Below, piece after piece: positions 37,237 through 50,939 of a DNA stretch of 64,000 bases (position 1 is its first letter; each line of letters starts with the position of its first letter). The stretch comes from Octopus sinensis (taxonomy: Eukaryota). The notes under the pieces were generated by a model. The model had not been told where the DNA came from and searched no databases. It was given only the letters and a program-made list of their open reading frames with translations. Where the stretch lies: assembly GCF_006345805.1 (NCBI RefSeq), contig NC_043012.1, positions 24,118,001 to 24,182,000 on the forward strand, written 5' to 3'. A program made the position numbers and the translations under genes.

Positions 37237-37470
37237 GGGTGGCAAGCTGGCAGAACCGTTAGCATGCCGGGCAAAATGCTTACCAGTATCTTGTTTGCCG
37301 TTACATTCTGAGTTCAAATTCCACAGAAGTTGACTTTGCCTTTCATCCTTTTGGGGGTCAATTAAATAATTAAATAAGTGCCAGTTATGCACTAGGGTTG
37401 ATGTAATCGACTTAATCCCTTTGTCTGCCCTTGTTTGTCCCCTCTATGTTTAGCTGCCTCCCCCCTGTGG
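37237..37470 (+). mobile_element. SINE family D
   Basis: Homologous to 10970-11200 including the TTAATCCCTTTGTCTGCCCTTGTTTGTCCCCTCTATGTTTAGC tail. Confidence 0.75.
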
Positions 37471-38376
37471 GCACTCATTGTTGCCAGCTGAGTGGACAGG
37501 AGTAATGTGGAATAAAGTGTCTTGCCGAAGGATGCAATGTGCCCCCAGGAACTGAACTCACAACCTTACAACTGCAAGCCAAATATCATAACCACTAAGT
37601 CACACACCTCCAACAACAACATCAACACACTCAAGTCAACAGGGGAGCCTTTACATGGGTGTTCAATGTGCTGGAAGTAACAGTTAAATCACCTCTCAAA
37701 TTATACATACCACTGTTTGAGAATAGGGGGTACATATTAATAATGTAGACCTAGATACACTATGCCCCCCAACCCCCCAAAAAAAGAACAATAGGATCAT
37801 AGGTTGGCTTGATCAGGACTGATATGGGACAAAACAATAAAAGCAGAGAGAGGAGACAGCCTCTCTGGGATTGAACCAAGGTTGGAGTGTGAGGGTTTAC
37901 AAGGGACTTTACACCAATCAGTCAAGTAATCTGGGGACGAGGTGGGTAGTGATCCAAGATAACAGGGGGGGGGTGCAGCTGTCGTACTGTCCCAAATGGA
38001 GGAACAGTACTTCTATGGTGAGTGTCAACTGAGTTATTTTATCGACCCTGAAGAGAAAAAAAGGCCAAGTAAAATCAGAGGGAAATGAACTCAGAATGGA
38101 AAGAGCAATAAACAATATTCTGCAAGAAATTTCTTACGTTGCTCTGATTCTACCAATCTGTCAGCCTTAGAATTAATAATCGCATCTTCTATAGCACAAG
38201 GCCCGAGATTTGAGGGTGCAGAGGACTAGTCAAGTACATTGAATCCCTAAGCCCAGAGGAATTTGAAATCAGAATGTAAATCCAGCAAAGGTGCCACTAA
38301 GCATTTTGCGTGTCATGTTAATGGTTCTGCTAGTTTGCTACCTGAACGTAGACTAAATCAAGAAAGTAGAAATATA

Positions 38377-38804
38377 GGATCTTTTCGGTTTGAATGGCAG
38401 TTTTTTCTAGCGGTGTCATATGAAATTGTCACCCATAATTATGACCCTAGTATCGATCTATTGCATTTCAATCTGTTTTAGGGTTAGGGTTGGTTAGGAT
38501 TAGGGGTGAGGGGAAGGGTATCTTTTTTTCTTCACAAATGTAAATAAAACCAAGCTGTTTCTTAAACGAGGGACATACTCATACAGCACAGAATGTTTTC
38601 ACCTCAATAGACGTCATTGATTGGTTGAAATTGCAGAAATTGAAGAAAAAAAAACAACAAATATCTTACAAACTATAGAATTTTCTCAATAAAGCCAAGA
38701 GAAAAAGATGTTTTATAAACACATTTTACCAGTATACGAAGTTTGAAAGTGTTTAGTTACGTGGAAATTATTTTAAAAAACTGCCGTTCAAACCGAAAAG
38801 ATCC
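38377..38804. mobile_element. MITE with 30-bp TIRs and internal telomere-like repeats
   Basis: GGATCTTTTCGGTTTGAATGGCAGTTTTTT versus AAAAAACTGCCGTTCAAACCGAAAAGATCC (29/30 complementary); TTAGGGTTAGGGTTGGTTAGGATTAGGGG at ~38477-38506. Confidence 0.85.
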
Positions 38805-39439
38805 GAAATATATAACATTAGTAGAGTCATAGTTGAATCCATAGAGAATCTGGTGGTTATCTAATCAACCTGGTGGGAGAGAAGAGTACATTTAGCTCTG
38901 ACAGGATTCAAATTCAAAATAAAGAACAGAAAATCTCATTGCAACTACAACAAAACCATATTTGCTTCCTGCTTTGCAGTAGGATCTACTGTTTGTAATA
39001 TCATGACAGCTTACTAACACCTCGACTACTACTACTACCAAGACTACAAATGCTGATGGTATGGCCCACACTAACCACTATTGCTATCTCACCACTGTCA
39101 ACATTAACACTACCACTACTACTACTACCACTACCACTACTACTACTACCACTACCACTACTACTACTACGAATACTACTATGGGAAGTATATTAGTCCC
39201 CTCGCTACTACAAAGCTACCCACCATTACACTGCTGTTACCCCTATTTCTAGTGCTATACATCTACCACTGACATCCCTGACACCACCACATATAACCAT
39301 TATAATGTTACAGTATTACTACAACCTCCACTCGTACTACTACTACCACCACCACAATCTAAGCTGCTGCCATTACATCAAACACTATTACTAGCACCAA
39401 TACCAATCGTTATTGTAACCATTTCCACCACCACAACCA

Positions 39440-39875
39440 CATGCAACATTGGTACTAACACCAACACCACCACACACAATATTGCTGCCACCACTAAAAC
39501 TACCACACATACATCACCACACACAACATTGATGCTAACACCCACACCACCACACACAATATCGCTGCCACCACTAAAACTACCGCACATACATCATCAC
39601 CACCACCACACGTAACATTGGCGCTAACACCAACACCACCACATACAATATTGCAGCCACCATTAAAACTACCACACATACATCACCACCACCACACGTA
39701 ACATTAGCACTAACACCAACACCACCACACACAATATCGCTGCCACCACTAAAACTACCACACATACATCACCACCACCACACGTAACATTAGCACTAAC
39801 ACCAACACCACCACACACAATATCGCTGCCACCACTAAAACTACCGCACATACATCACCGCCACCACCACCATCA
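39440..39875. repeat. Minisatellite, ~86-bp unit (80-89), about 5 copies
   Basis: CACACAATATCGCTGCCACCACTAAAACTACC recurs at ~39478, 39558, 39647, 39733, 39819. Confidence 0.9.
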
Positions 39876-40358
39876 CACACGCAAGACTGTTGCCGTCCCC
39901 CTTCCCCCACTATTACCACAAGAACTGCTGTCCTTGTGCAACACTTCCACTCGAGTCTCCGCATCACACCCTGCTGTGCCTAATATCAATAGCTAATGCA
40001 TTTCAGTCCTTAACCATTGCATGAAGACTGTTAAGTGTGGCCCCCTGCTTGCTTTTTCCCCCTCTCTCACGATTGCATAATACCCCAACACACAAAACTT
40101 TCTCATCCTTCTTTATATTATATTACCTTTGCAACTTTTCAGCAGACACTTGTTCTCTCTAGCTGATGATGACGACGATGATGATGATGATGACATAGGT
40201 TGGTAGAAATGATAAAGATTAGGCACTTGAAAGTATTTTAGTGTCACACACACACACACACACACACACAGAGGAAGAGGGGAAAAGGAGAAAGTGACAT
40301 GCAAAATATATATATAAATATCAGCATGGTCGCAGCTCAGCTGAAACAAGGAAAAATG

Positions 40359-40422
<64 letters not shown>

Positions 40423-41394
40423 GGGTGGATAGATAGATAGATAGATACATAGATAGGTATAGAAGACATTGCAACTAAATATTTTCCCTATGATCTCAAA
40501 ATTGATTATCTGTAGATGGTAATGTGTTCTTCAGATTAAGATATAACCAATGGTCACAGAGATTAAGAGAATGAGAGAGAGAGAGAATGAAAGAGGAGGG
40601 GAAGTATTTCAAAACATTAAGTTGTCTACAAATAAAATTGTCAAAGACCAGGTACTTCTTCATTGTCAGAGCATTACCAATTCCTTATTGTAATTAATTG
40701 GGACTCTCGTAGCACGAGTGAAGGCACATGGTCCAGTGGTTATAGTTTTGCATTCACAAGCCTCAGAATGTGGTTTCGATTCTCAGACCTGTGAGTGTGT
40801 TGTGTCCTTGAGCAAGACACTTCATTTCACATTGCTCCAGTCCACTCAGCTGTAAACGAGTCACTCTGGAACACACTGGCATCCTGTGCAAGGGAAGGTT
40901 ATGATATCAATCACACATGCCATGGGAATTGAATAGCCAGCCCGATGGGGGGGGGGTCTGAGGACCCAGGACAGCAATAGCCAGGGGATGATGATGATGA
41001 TGGAGAGGCAGGAACATAAGCTGTTGCTCTAGTTGTGCTTTGAAGAAAGCTTCTTTCATTGTACAATTCCTTGCAAAACATGGGAGCAAATGAGGAACTC
41101 ACTATTCACTCACACTCGAATGGCTTCCCAATTGCAGTTGAATCACCTTCAAATTTTCAAATCTCATTCTTAACGAAAATAAAAAAGAAAGACACATTAC
41201 AAAACAAAAAAAAAAAAAGCAGGGCTGACAGTTATGGTAAGAAGTTCTATGCTTGTTTGATCAGATCTGACCAGTGTCCAAACAACAACCAATAGACAGT
41301 CATTTTTATGCAATGGAAAATAGGTAACTAACCCTAGGAGTCCTGAAACTCAAGGCAGTAAATGTATAGGGGACTTCTTCTTTGTGTCATAAAC

Positions 41395-41690
41395 ATCATC
41401 ATCATCATCATCGTTTAACGTCCGCTTTCCATGCTAGCATGGGTTGGACGATTTGACTGCGGTCTGGCGAACCAGATGGCTGCACCAGACTCCAATCTGA
41501 TCTGGCAGAGTTTCTACAGCTGGATGTCTTTCCTAATGCCAACCACTCCAAGAGTGTATTGGCTGCTTTTATGTGCCACCGGCACGAGGGCCAGTCAGGT
41601 GGTACTGGCAGCGGCTACGCTCAAATGGCGCTTTTTATGTGCCACCTGCACATGGTCCAGTCCAGCGGCACTGGCAAAGACCTTACTCGA
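41395..41690 (-). mobile_element. RTE-type 3' tail element (family C)
   Basis: (CAT)n CGTTTAACGTCCGCTTTCCATGCTAGCATGGGTTGGAC... plus TTTTTATGTGCCACC repeats. Confidence 0.8.
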
Positions 41691-42595
41691 ATGTTTTTTA
41701 AATCAGAGAGTAAGGAGAGAAAGTCAAATTTCAGTTGTTCCTTTTTGTTTTTCACTGTTTCCATTAAACATTCTTCAAAAATATATTACCTCTATTCAAT
41801 GCAAGCATAGAATTCATTAATTAAGGATATCTTGGTATCTTAATCAAAACTCTTAAGTTTATTAACGTTTATGTTATTAATTAAATTTATTTGTTGTCTG
41901 TTGTTAGTTACACCAATAGTTATTTTAATCTTTCCTGGCAAATAAATCAAATTTTTCAGATCCAAATTTACAGCCAAAAATGGAAGGTCAACCTATACAT
42001 GAAGACAGCTTTGAAGGACCAAAAATTCCATGAGAAATGCAGCATGATTTGAAAAGATACTGGCAACGTTTGAATGTCTCCACATGTTTACACTATATAT
42101 TACATCAACTAGTGTGCAAAAAAATTTGGTAACACAATTCTATACTCAAAGTAATAGTGGCATTGCACAGTCCCTTCAGCTAGTAATGTCTTCTAATTGT
42201 CAGCTGATGTCCCCTCATACAAGCAGCATCAGTTGTACGCAATTTCTCTTGAAACACAACCAGCCACAGGAGAGAGAGAGAGAGAGTTGGTGACAGGAAG
42301 AGCATCCAGCCACAGGAAATATACTTTAGCAAATTTCATCTAAACCCATCAAAGCATGGAAAAGCGGACATTAAATTAATGAGGATGATAATCAGTTATA
42401 ATGAATATAATACAAGGTGCAGGTACATCAATGTGATAAGATGGATGTCTTCTACTATAGCCACAGGCTGACCAAAACCTTGTGAGTAGATTTGGTAGAC
42501 GGAAACTGAATGAAACCCATCGAGTGTGTTTGTGTGAGTGTATGTATGTATGTATGCATGTCAGTGTATGTTTACTGTCTCTATTTGTAAACAAG

Positions 42596-42990
42596 TCATG
42601 GCTGTGTGGTAAGTAGCTTGTTTACCAACCACATGGTTCCGGGTTCAGTCCCACTGCATGGCACCTTGGGCAAGTGTCTTCTACTATAGCCTCGGACCGA
42701 CCAAAGCCTTGTGAGTGGATTTGGTAGACGGAGACTGAAAGAAGCCCATCGTATATATGGATATATATATATATGCATGTGTGTGTTTGTGTTTGTCCCC
42801 CTAGCATTGCTTGACAACCGATGCTGGTATGTTTATGTCCCCGTTACTTAGCGGTTCGGCAAAAGAGACCGATAGAATAAGTACTGGGCTTACAAAAGAA
42901 TAAGTCCCTGTGTCGAGTTGCTCGATTAAAGGCGGTGCTCCAGCATGGCCACAGTCAAATGACTGAAACAAGTAAAAGAGAGAGAGAGAG
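42596..42990 (+). mobile_element. SINE family A, full length
   Basis: Family head, microsatellite and tail ending in (GA)n. Confidence 0.9.
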
Positions 42991-43804
42991 AGTAAGTGTC
43001 ATTGCTGTTTCCAGTCTTCCATGAAAACATGTCTGGTCACAAGGAATATTACTTTGCTTGGAAACAGGTGAAGGTTGGTGAGAGGAAAGGCATCCAACCA
43101 TAGAAAATCTGCCTCAATGGATTCTGTCTGTCCCATGCAAGCATGGAAAAGTGAACATTAAAATGGTGAGAAATGCAAGTCCTGGAAAGCATACCACAAC
43201 TGCTGCTGCCTCTAAATGTCTACTTTCAGGATCAACAACACACCTCAATAGTCAATGAGGAAGGTTACGAGATATCTTGCCATGCTAGAAATAGCAGTTA
43301 AATTTCCCATATATCACACCAAATTATTTTTTAAAAATACATGCAGTGAAATGGTTGGTGTTAGTAAGGGAAACCAGCCATAGAAACCAGGGGCCAAAGT
43401 AAACATTGGAGCATGATGCAGCCCTTGAGCCCATCAGGTCCCTATGGAACTGTCCAACCCCTGCCAGCAAGGGACATGAGCAATTAAATTATGGTGATGA
43501 TGATGCATCAGCCAATGAATGAGCCACTATGTAGTTGCTTGACATGCTAAAAACAGTAGTGAACTCTCACTCGGATCATGTCTACCACCGAGGAAAAAGA
43601 CACCTTAGATAAAATGATTCTGGGATACCAGCATATAAGAAAGAAAGAAAGAAACACACAAACAAACAACAGAATGGGTATAAAAAAGAGTGAAAGAGAT
43701 AATCTAACAGAATTAGAAAGAGGGAGAGAATTTTGAAAGACGGTGAGTGTCAGAGCTGACTTTTATGTGCTTGTTTTCTCACACTACCTTTACACACACA
43801 GAGA

Positions 43805-43862
<58 letters not shown>

Positions 43863-45355
43863 AATTAAGTATATATATATATAGGTAAGTATGTAAGTAT
43901 ATGTATATATATATACACATCTGTATATACATACATATACATAGATTATAATTAGCTATATATAACAGAAGCATGCACAAACACACACATACTGAGTGAG
44001 GGGAGGAGGAGAAAGAGGAAAGTAAAGGAGAGAAACAAAGAGAAAAATATGGAATGGAGAAGAAGGTAATAACTTGGTGAGAAAGGAAAGAGAAAAAGAA
44101 GAAGAAAAGGGGGACACAAGAATTGTGAATGAATGGTCAAAGAGAGGAAAAAATAATGAAAATTTGTACGATTGTGTGTGCAATATATATATATATATAT
44201 ATGAAAATGAGAGTGTATGTATGTGAGAGAGAGAGAAAGAGAGATAGAGACAGAGAGAGGTGAAGTGTGAGGAATGAAGGAGAGACAATTTCCATGAAGA
44301 CAAAAGACCATATTGATTGATTGATCTCTTTACAATTCCACCTCCACAACCAGCACTGCCGCCAACATGGCTACCACCACACCACCACCACCGCCACTAC
44401 CATCATCTACTTTCACATCCTTAGGGCAACAACTGTAAATAATTTCATTTCAATTAATTAATCCACACTGAAGTGGAGATGATGGTGGTGGTGGTGGTAG
44501 TGGTGGTGAAGGAGAGAGAAAGAGGAGGAAGAAATGAGGAGAGAGAGAGGGAGAGAGATTGAAAGTCAGGGAAATGGAAAAAGGAAAGCAAGTATGACAG
44601 AGAGAGAGATAGAGAAAGAGAGACGAAGGTGGAGAGAGAAAAGAAAGCGAAAAAGAAAGAGAAAGAAAGAAAGGAAGGAAAGAAATAAAAAAGAAAAGGA
44701 AAGGAGGAATAGAAGAAGAAGAAAGAAAGAAAGGCAACAGCTACTGAGAGGAACTGAACAGCAGCGATAGAGAGAGAGTAGAGAGGGAGAGGGATAGAGA
44801 GGGGGATAAAAGAGAGAGTGGGAAGTAGAAAGATGATGATGATGATGGAGATAAAGGAAGGAGAGTAAGAGAGGTAAATGAGATGGTGGGTGAAGCAGAG
44901 AGAGAGAGAGAGATGGAGAAAGAGAGAGAGGGAGAGAGAGAAAGAGAGGGAGTGATGCAGGGCAGAAAGGACAAGAATAAAAAGGGAGTAAAAGAGTCCC
45001 AAACACCTCTACAGCCCCTGTTACTCCCCCCCAACAATGATAACTCAGAAAACTCTATACCAGTCATGAGGAAACCTGTAAGGCCGGAAGACTTTCTGAA
45101 TGGCAAGCCTAAGGAAAAATTACCTTGAATTGTTTTAGAAGTGTGACCCACCTGATGATGAGCCATGCCTCATGTGGCCCATGTCTTAAAAAACGTTGCC
45201 CGTGCTTCACCTACACATTCCCTTGACTTTCAAGAAATGGCATCCAGATGTTCCTCAAATTTAATTCTGTGGATTTAAAATTAAGCAGAATTAAGCAGAA
45301 CACTTTTTTTTACTGATGGATCCCTTTGATTCCTATTGGACCCCCATAGCCATTT

Positions 45356-45406
<51 letters not shown>

Positions 45407-46497
45407 ACCTTCCTCTCCCAATCTCCTTCTCCTCACCCTTTTTCTTTCAGTTATACTTGCTCTCCTTTTTCAACCTGACTTTCAGCTGATGCCTAAAAAC
45501 CTTGTTATATTTTTATAATTAAATACTATAAGTAATTGTATAAAAACGTTAAAATGTTTTGCATATTGCAAAAGTAGAACCAATTTGTTGCACGAATTTC
45601 AACAGCAAAATCCTCCATGAACCCCCAAAGGGCCACATGGAGTTCTGTTGAGAACCACTCTTAGATAAACTGTGTCAGGAAACAAATGGCTGGAGTGCTT
45701 TAGTGCTTTTTTTTGGCCATAAATCAGTTATCCATTAGGACTGACCTAGGGCTAATGATCAACATTAAACAACAACAGCATTAAAGGAACAGCCCAAATG
45801 TAGCAATTAAATTTGACTCAAATTACAAAATAATGTCTTTAAAAACAGAAAAAATAAAGAACACGTTGATTAATATATTCCAAAATACATTATTCTAGGA
45901 AAATTAAAACAAAAAGACAATAAATGCCCAGACACGGTTGCTAAGAGGTTCGCTTTGCAACCATGCAGTCTTGAGTTCAATCTCACTCTGTGGCACCTTG
46001 GGCCAGTGTCTTAAACTCTAGCTCTGGTCCAACCAATGCCTTAGGAGTAATTTTCATAGATGGAAACTATGCTGAAGACCACCATATAAGTGTGCATGTC
46101 TCTTTGTACTTGTGTCTGACCCTGTCACTGCTCCATGACTGGTATTGGTTTGTTTATGTCCCAGCAAATTCACAGTGTATCAAAAGTGACCAATAGAATA
46201 ACAACTTGATTTTTAAAACGAAAATAAATATTAGGAACAATTTGTTTGACTAAAACCCTTCAATTCCAGGTGATGCCTCAGCAGGGCCATGGTCCAATGA
46301 ACCGAAACTGGTAGGAGATAAAAAGACAGGATGATTAAGATTTGTCCACCTTTCATCATAGAATTAGTGACCAGGACTGACCGGGAGGGGAAGGGGGGCT
46401 AAAAACACACACACACACAATGAACACTTCACCACCACCGCTATCACATTTCCAACAACCAAACATTCTCTAATTACTTTCCAAATAGAAAACAATG

Positions 46498-46542
<45 letters not shown>

Positions 46543-47354
46543 CACATACATATTAACAAATGACCAAAAAAAAAAGGGGAAAACAATGCTAAACAAAATA
46601 GATCTTCACATTTGAATTATCACCAACATTGTATGAAAATAATTATAAAATCAGAGATTCGATTCTAATCAATTGAATTCAATACAATTCAATTTAATTT
46701 ATTATCATTGAAAGTAATTACATAGATTTTTGTTGTTTTTTTATAAACTTCAATATTTTTCTCTTTTTCAGATTTTTTTCTTTCTTTTTACAGTTCAATT
46801 CAATTCAATTCCAGTTTATCAATTCCAATTTTAAAGGACCCCCCCCCCACTTTTTTTTTTCTTTGTTTGTTCATTTTGCATCACCTTGTTTAAACCAGGA
46901 GATAATCTATTAAATACTGCAAATGTCTAAGATGATACGATTACAATTTTTCGGACTATTAACCGCATCTGAAGAAATGACATGTTTACTCACAAAAAGT
47001 AAATAAAATCAAATAAAATCATTTTACATCAGCTATAGATGCAGGCATGGCTGTGTGGTTAACAACCTCAATTTGGAGCCAAATAGTTTTGGGTTCAGTC
47101 CCACTACGGAGAACCATGGACAAGTGTCTTCTGGTAAGTTGTTACCCTGCACCAGACAGGATTAGAATCAGGCAGGACTGATTCTGTTAGAAATGGCACA
47201 ACACTCAACAACGGTAACAATGTATGTATGAAGATAAAGAGTGACTTAACCATTTATCCATTTGGCATTTAAACCAGTTATATCCAGTCCAGCTATTCTA
47301 GCTGTTTTCTGTTCAAAATGGCCAGATTCAGCCTCTTACACCTACCCTACAATG

Positions 47355-47690
47355 TCATCATCATCATCATCATCGTTTAGCATCTGGTTTCCATGCTGGC
47401 ATGGGTTGGACGGTTCAACTGGGTCCGGGAAGCCAGAAGGGTGCACCAGGCCCAGTCTGATCTGGCAATGTTTCTACGGCTGGATGCCCTTCCTAACGCC
47501 AACCACTCCATGAGTGTAGTGGGTGCTTTTAACGTACCACCAGCACAGGTGCCAGACGAGGCTGGCAAACGGCCATGATCGGATGGTGCTTTTTACGTGC
47601 CACCGGCACGGAGGCCAGGCGAGGCTGGCAACGGCCACGTTCGGATGGTTCTCTTATGTGCCACCAGCACTGGTATCACAGCTACGATTT
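47355..47690 (-). mobile_element. RTE-type 3' tail element (family C)
   Basis: Same module with GAGGCTGGCAA..GGCCA..CGGATGGT internal repeats. Confidence 0.8.
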
Positions 47691-47887
47691 CCATGAAAAT
47701 AAACAGTCACATCATTGAAACCTCAAAACTACAAGATAATACATTTGACTAAGTGATCTGAATGCCTAATGGGTTAAGTAAGGACCAGGCTCTCCCTAGC
47801 TTAATCACAGCCAATGAAAAAGGCCAGGGTTCAATCCCACAGCATAGCAAATTGAGCAAATGTCAATTTCCATCTAAGAAATTCACT

Positions 47888-48030
47888 CCACCCCTGCCAC
47901 CTCCCATCTACCACCATCACTCTCCACCCCTGCCACTCCCATCTACCATCATCACTCTCCACCCCTGCCACCCCATCTAACATCATCACTCTCCATCCCT
48001 GCCACTCCCTTCCACCATCATCACTCTCCC
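47888..48030. repeat. ~34-bp minisatellite x4
   Basis: CCACCCCTGCCACTCCCATCTACCATCATCACTCT-like unit repeated four times with variation. Confidence 0.8.
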
Positions 48031-49611
48031 TCTCTGAAATTCTTAGCTGCATTTTTTACGTTCTAAGTTCTAATTCCACCAAGGATGGTTTTGTCTTTCA
48101 TCCTTGTGGGGTCAATAAAACGAGTACCAGGCAAGCGGTGGGGTGGATGTAATCAACTTGTCCCCATCACCATGAAGCTTCAGGCCCTGTGCCTATAATA
48201 CAAAGAATTTTGCTGACCTCGGGTGAATAAATGTAACAGTTGGCACCAGCAAGATTTGAACCCAGAAAGCAATCAAGCAACAAAAAGTAAATAAATGTTG
48301 AACAATGAATATAAGGATATCTTTTTTGCTTTTATGTTTGTTTTAGTCATTGGACTGTGGCCATGCTGGGGCACCATCTTGAAAGGCTGAGTCTGACAAA
48401 TCACCTGCAGCACTTCTGTCGGTCTCTTTCGCTGAACTGCTAAACTACAGGGATGTAAACAAACCAACACCAGTGGTCAAGCAGCAGGGAAGTAACACAC
48501 ACACCACATGTAGACACATGAGCTTCCACACAGTTTCCATCAACCAAATTCACTCACAAGGGAGTGGTTGGCTAGAGGCCATGGTATAAGTAAGACACCT
48601 GTTCAAAGTACCATGCAATGGGACTGAACTCAAAACCCTGTGGTAACAATGCAAGCTTCTTAACCACACAGCCAGTAGCTGTGGTTTAACCCTAACAGAC
48701 CAGACATATCGATTCCATCCATGACCATCACCTTCTTTATTGTCCAATAGAGTGTATCTAGGACTACTTTATCAAATAGATCCTTCTATGGTTGAGATAT
48801 ATTAGGGTGAGTGGCTGCTTTCTCTAGCAAGTTCAATGATCATACAGAGCCTCTTATGAGCTCATTGTTGTACTTTTGTTTAGCACCAAGATCACAAGAC
48901 TTTTTGAGCAGACTTGTGATTGAAGACATTCCACCCATGATCATCCAGTATTCTTTTGTTTCGGTCATTAGATTGTGACCATGCTGGCTGTCAAGTGGTG
49001 TTGAGGGACAGACACAGATGCCCGAGTACACCTCCACTCATAAGGCTTTGGGCAGCTCGAGGCTATAGTAGAAGACACTTGCCCAAGGTGCCACGCAGTG
49101 GGATTGAATCTGGAACCATACAGCCATGTCTGTGCCTATAAATGTCTATTTTCTCTTTAAGACCTAAAGTGTACCTACCACACATGACACTAACCAATGT
49201 GCCCTTGTCCTCTTCCTATTTTACAGAGGGTAAATTTGAGGAAGATTTGGCTGCTATTTCTAGCTGCTCAAGCTACTATGTAGAAGCACTCTTGTTGATG
49301 CTGTTTGTATTGTTATGTTTGACACGCATTATGCTGCTGGTATTTCATGTTATAATTACTGCTGTTGTTATTGCTGAGTCTCAATATTGTTGTTTCTGCC
49401 ATTTATGTTGATGTTTTTCATTGATATTTTTATTTCTTTTCCTTTCTTACAAAAACCTCTTTTTAACACAAACATACACACACAAAGATATGTGTATACA
49501 CTTGAAACAAAAAAATCCACAATATTTAAGTTCATGCCACTGGGTCCTTTTGAGTTATTTCCCCTAGCTCTTCCTTTTTTTTTTCAAAACAAAAGACAAA
49601 AAAATCCATGT

Positions 49612-49963
49612 AGGCGCAGGAGTGGCTGTGTGGTAAGTAGCTTGTTTAACAACCACATGGTTCCGGGTTCAGTCCCACTGTGTGGCACCTTGGGCAAGTG
49701 TCTTCTACTATAGCCTCGGGCCAACCAAAGCCTTGTGAGTGGATTTGGTAGACGGAAACTGAAAAGAAGCCCGTCGTATATATGTATATATATATGCATG
49801 TGTGTGTTTGTGTGTCTGTGTTTGTCCCCTTAGCATTGCTTGACAACCGATGCTGGTGTCCCACTGCGTGGCACCTTGGCAAGTGTCTTCTACTATAGCC
49901 TCGGGCCAACCAAAGCCTTGTGAGTGGATTTGGTAAACGGAAACTGAAAAGAAGCCCGTCGTA

Positions 49964-50011
<48 letters not shown>

Positions 50012-50230
50012 TGTGTGTGTTTGTGTGTCTGTGTTTGTCCCTCTAGCATTGCTTGACAACCGATGCTGGTGTGTTTATGTCCCCGTTATTTAGCGGTTCA
50101 GCAAACAAGACCGATAGAATAAGTACTGGGCTTACAAAAGAATAAGTCCTGGGGTCGAGTTGCTCGATTAAAGGCGGTGCTCCAGCATGGCCGCAATCAA
50201 ATGACTGAAACAAGTAAAAGAGAGAGTAAG
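49612..50230 (+). mobile_element. SINE family A with an internal tandem duplication
   Basis: Segment from GTCCCACTG (49672) to GATGCTGGT (49857) is repeated from 49858 before the tail resumes. Confidence 0.85.
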
Positions 50231-50939
50231 AGTACATCCTCTAACTTACCAATATATCCCTTCATCAAGCTATACCTCTGCTTCAGGTACCAAGCAGACA
50301 TATAGACACCCTCGCTAGAGACACTCGGCAACATACACAGATACATACACACATTCAGAGAGCTTAAACACACACACACAAAAACATGCATAAAAATATC
50401 ACACATACACAGACACACATCCGCAAATGTGCACACCCATGCTGCCAAAATACACATGTACTCCCCCACAATTTTACAGGTATCCCTTCTGGCAAGCTTT
50501 CTATTATAGCTGTAACTACACTCTCACACACACTGACATGCAGACAAGCAAACACATGGCCACAAACATATGCATACATACATCCATATAAACCCATGCA
50601 CATATACATGCATTTCTGTATCTACTCACATTGATGAAATACACGCACACACACACACAGAGGCCACCACCCTCACATTTACCCTTCAACTGTCACTCCC
50701 CACTCCTTATGTCCTTCCCCACCTTCACCCACCCTCCCTCCACCCGCTTAGCAGACGCAGGGTAAGAAGCCATCAGCAAAATAACACATTGCCCATAAAT
50801 CTGGATGTTTAACAGCTCCAAGTTTAGGAGATTTATTAAATTCTCAGAATTCCTTGATGAAGAAGAGGTGGAGGAGGGAAGGAGGGGGCAGGGCAGAGAA
50901 GAGAAGAGGAGAGGAGGAGGAAGAAGTTTGAGCAGAATT

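Noticed and set aside
39440-39875. CRISPR-like repeat array
   Set aside because: Units are contiguous with no unique spacers, the context is eukaryotic, and there are no cas genes.
45150-45180. CTGATGA followed by a TGAG/CTCA stem
   Set aside because: No GAAA after the stem and no cleavage-site arm. Likewise 30826-30850 and 57630-57655 (minus-strand CTGATGAAGGGAAT without GAAAC).
46886-46969. Minus-strand 84-nt exon candidate (tttcttcag ... AAG|GTGATG)
   Set aside because: Stops in all three frames; only a 42-nt sub-piece is open, which is too little to support.
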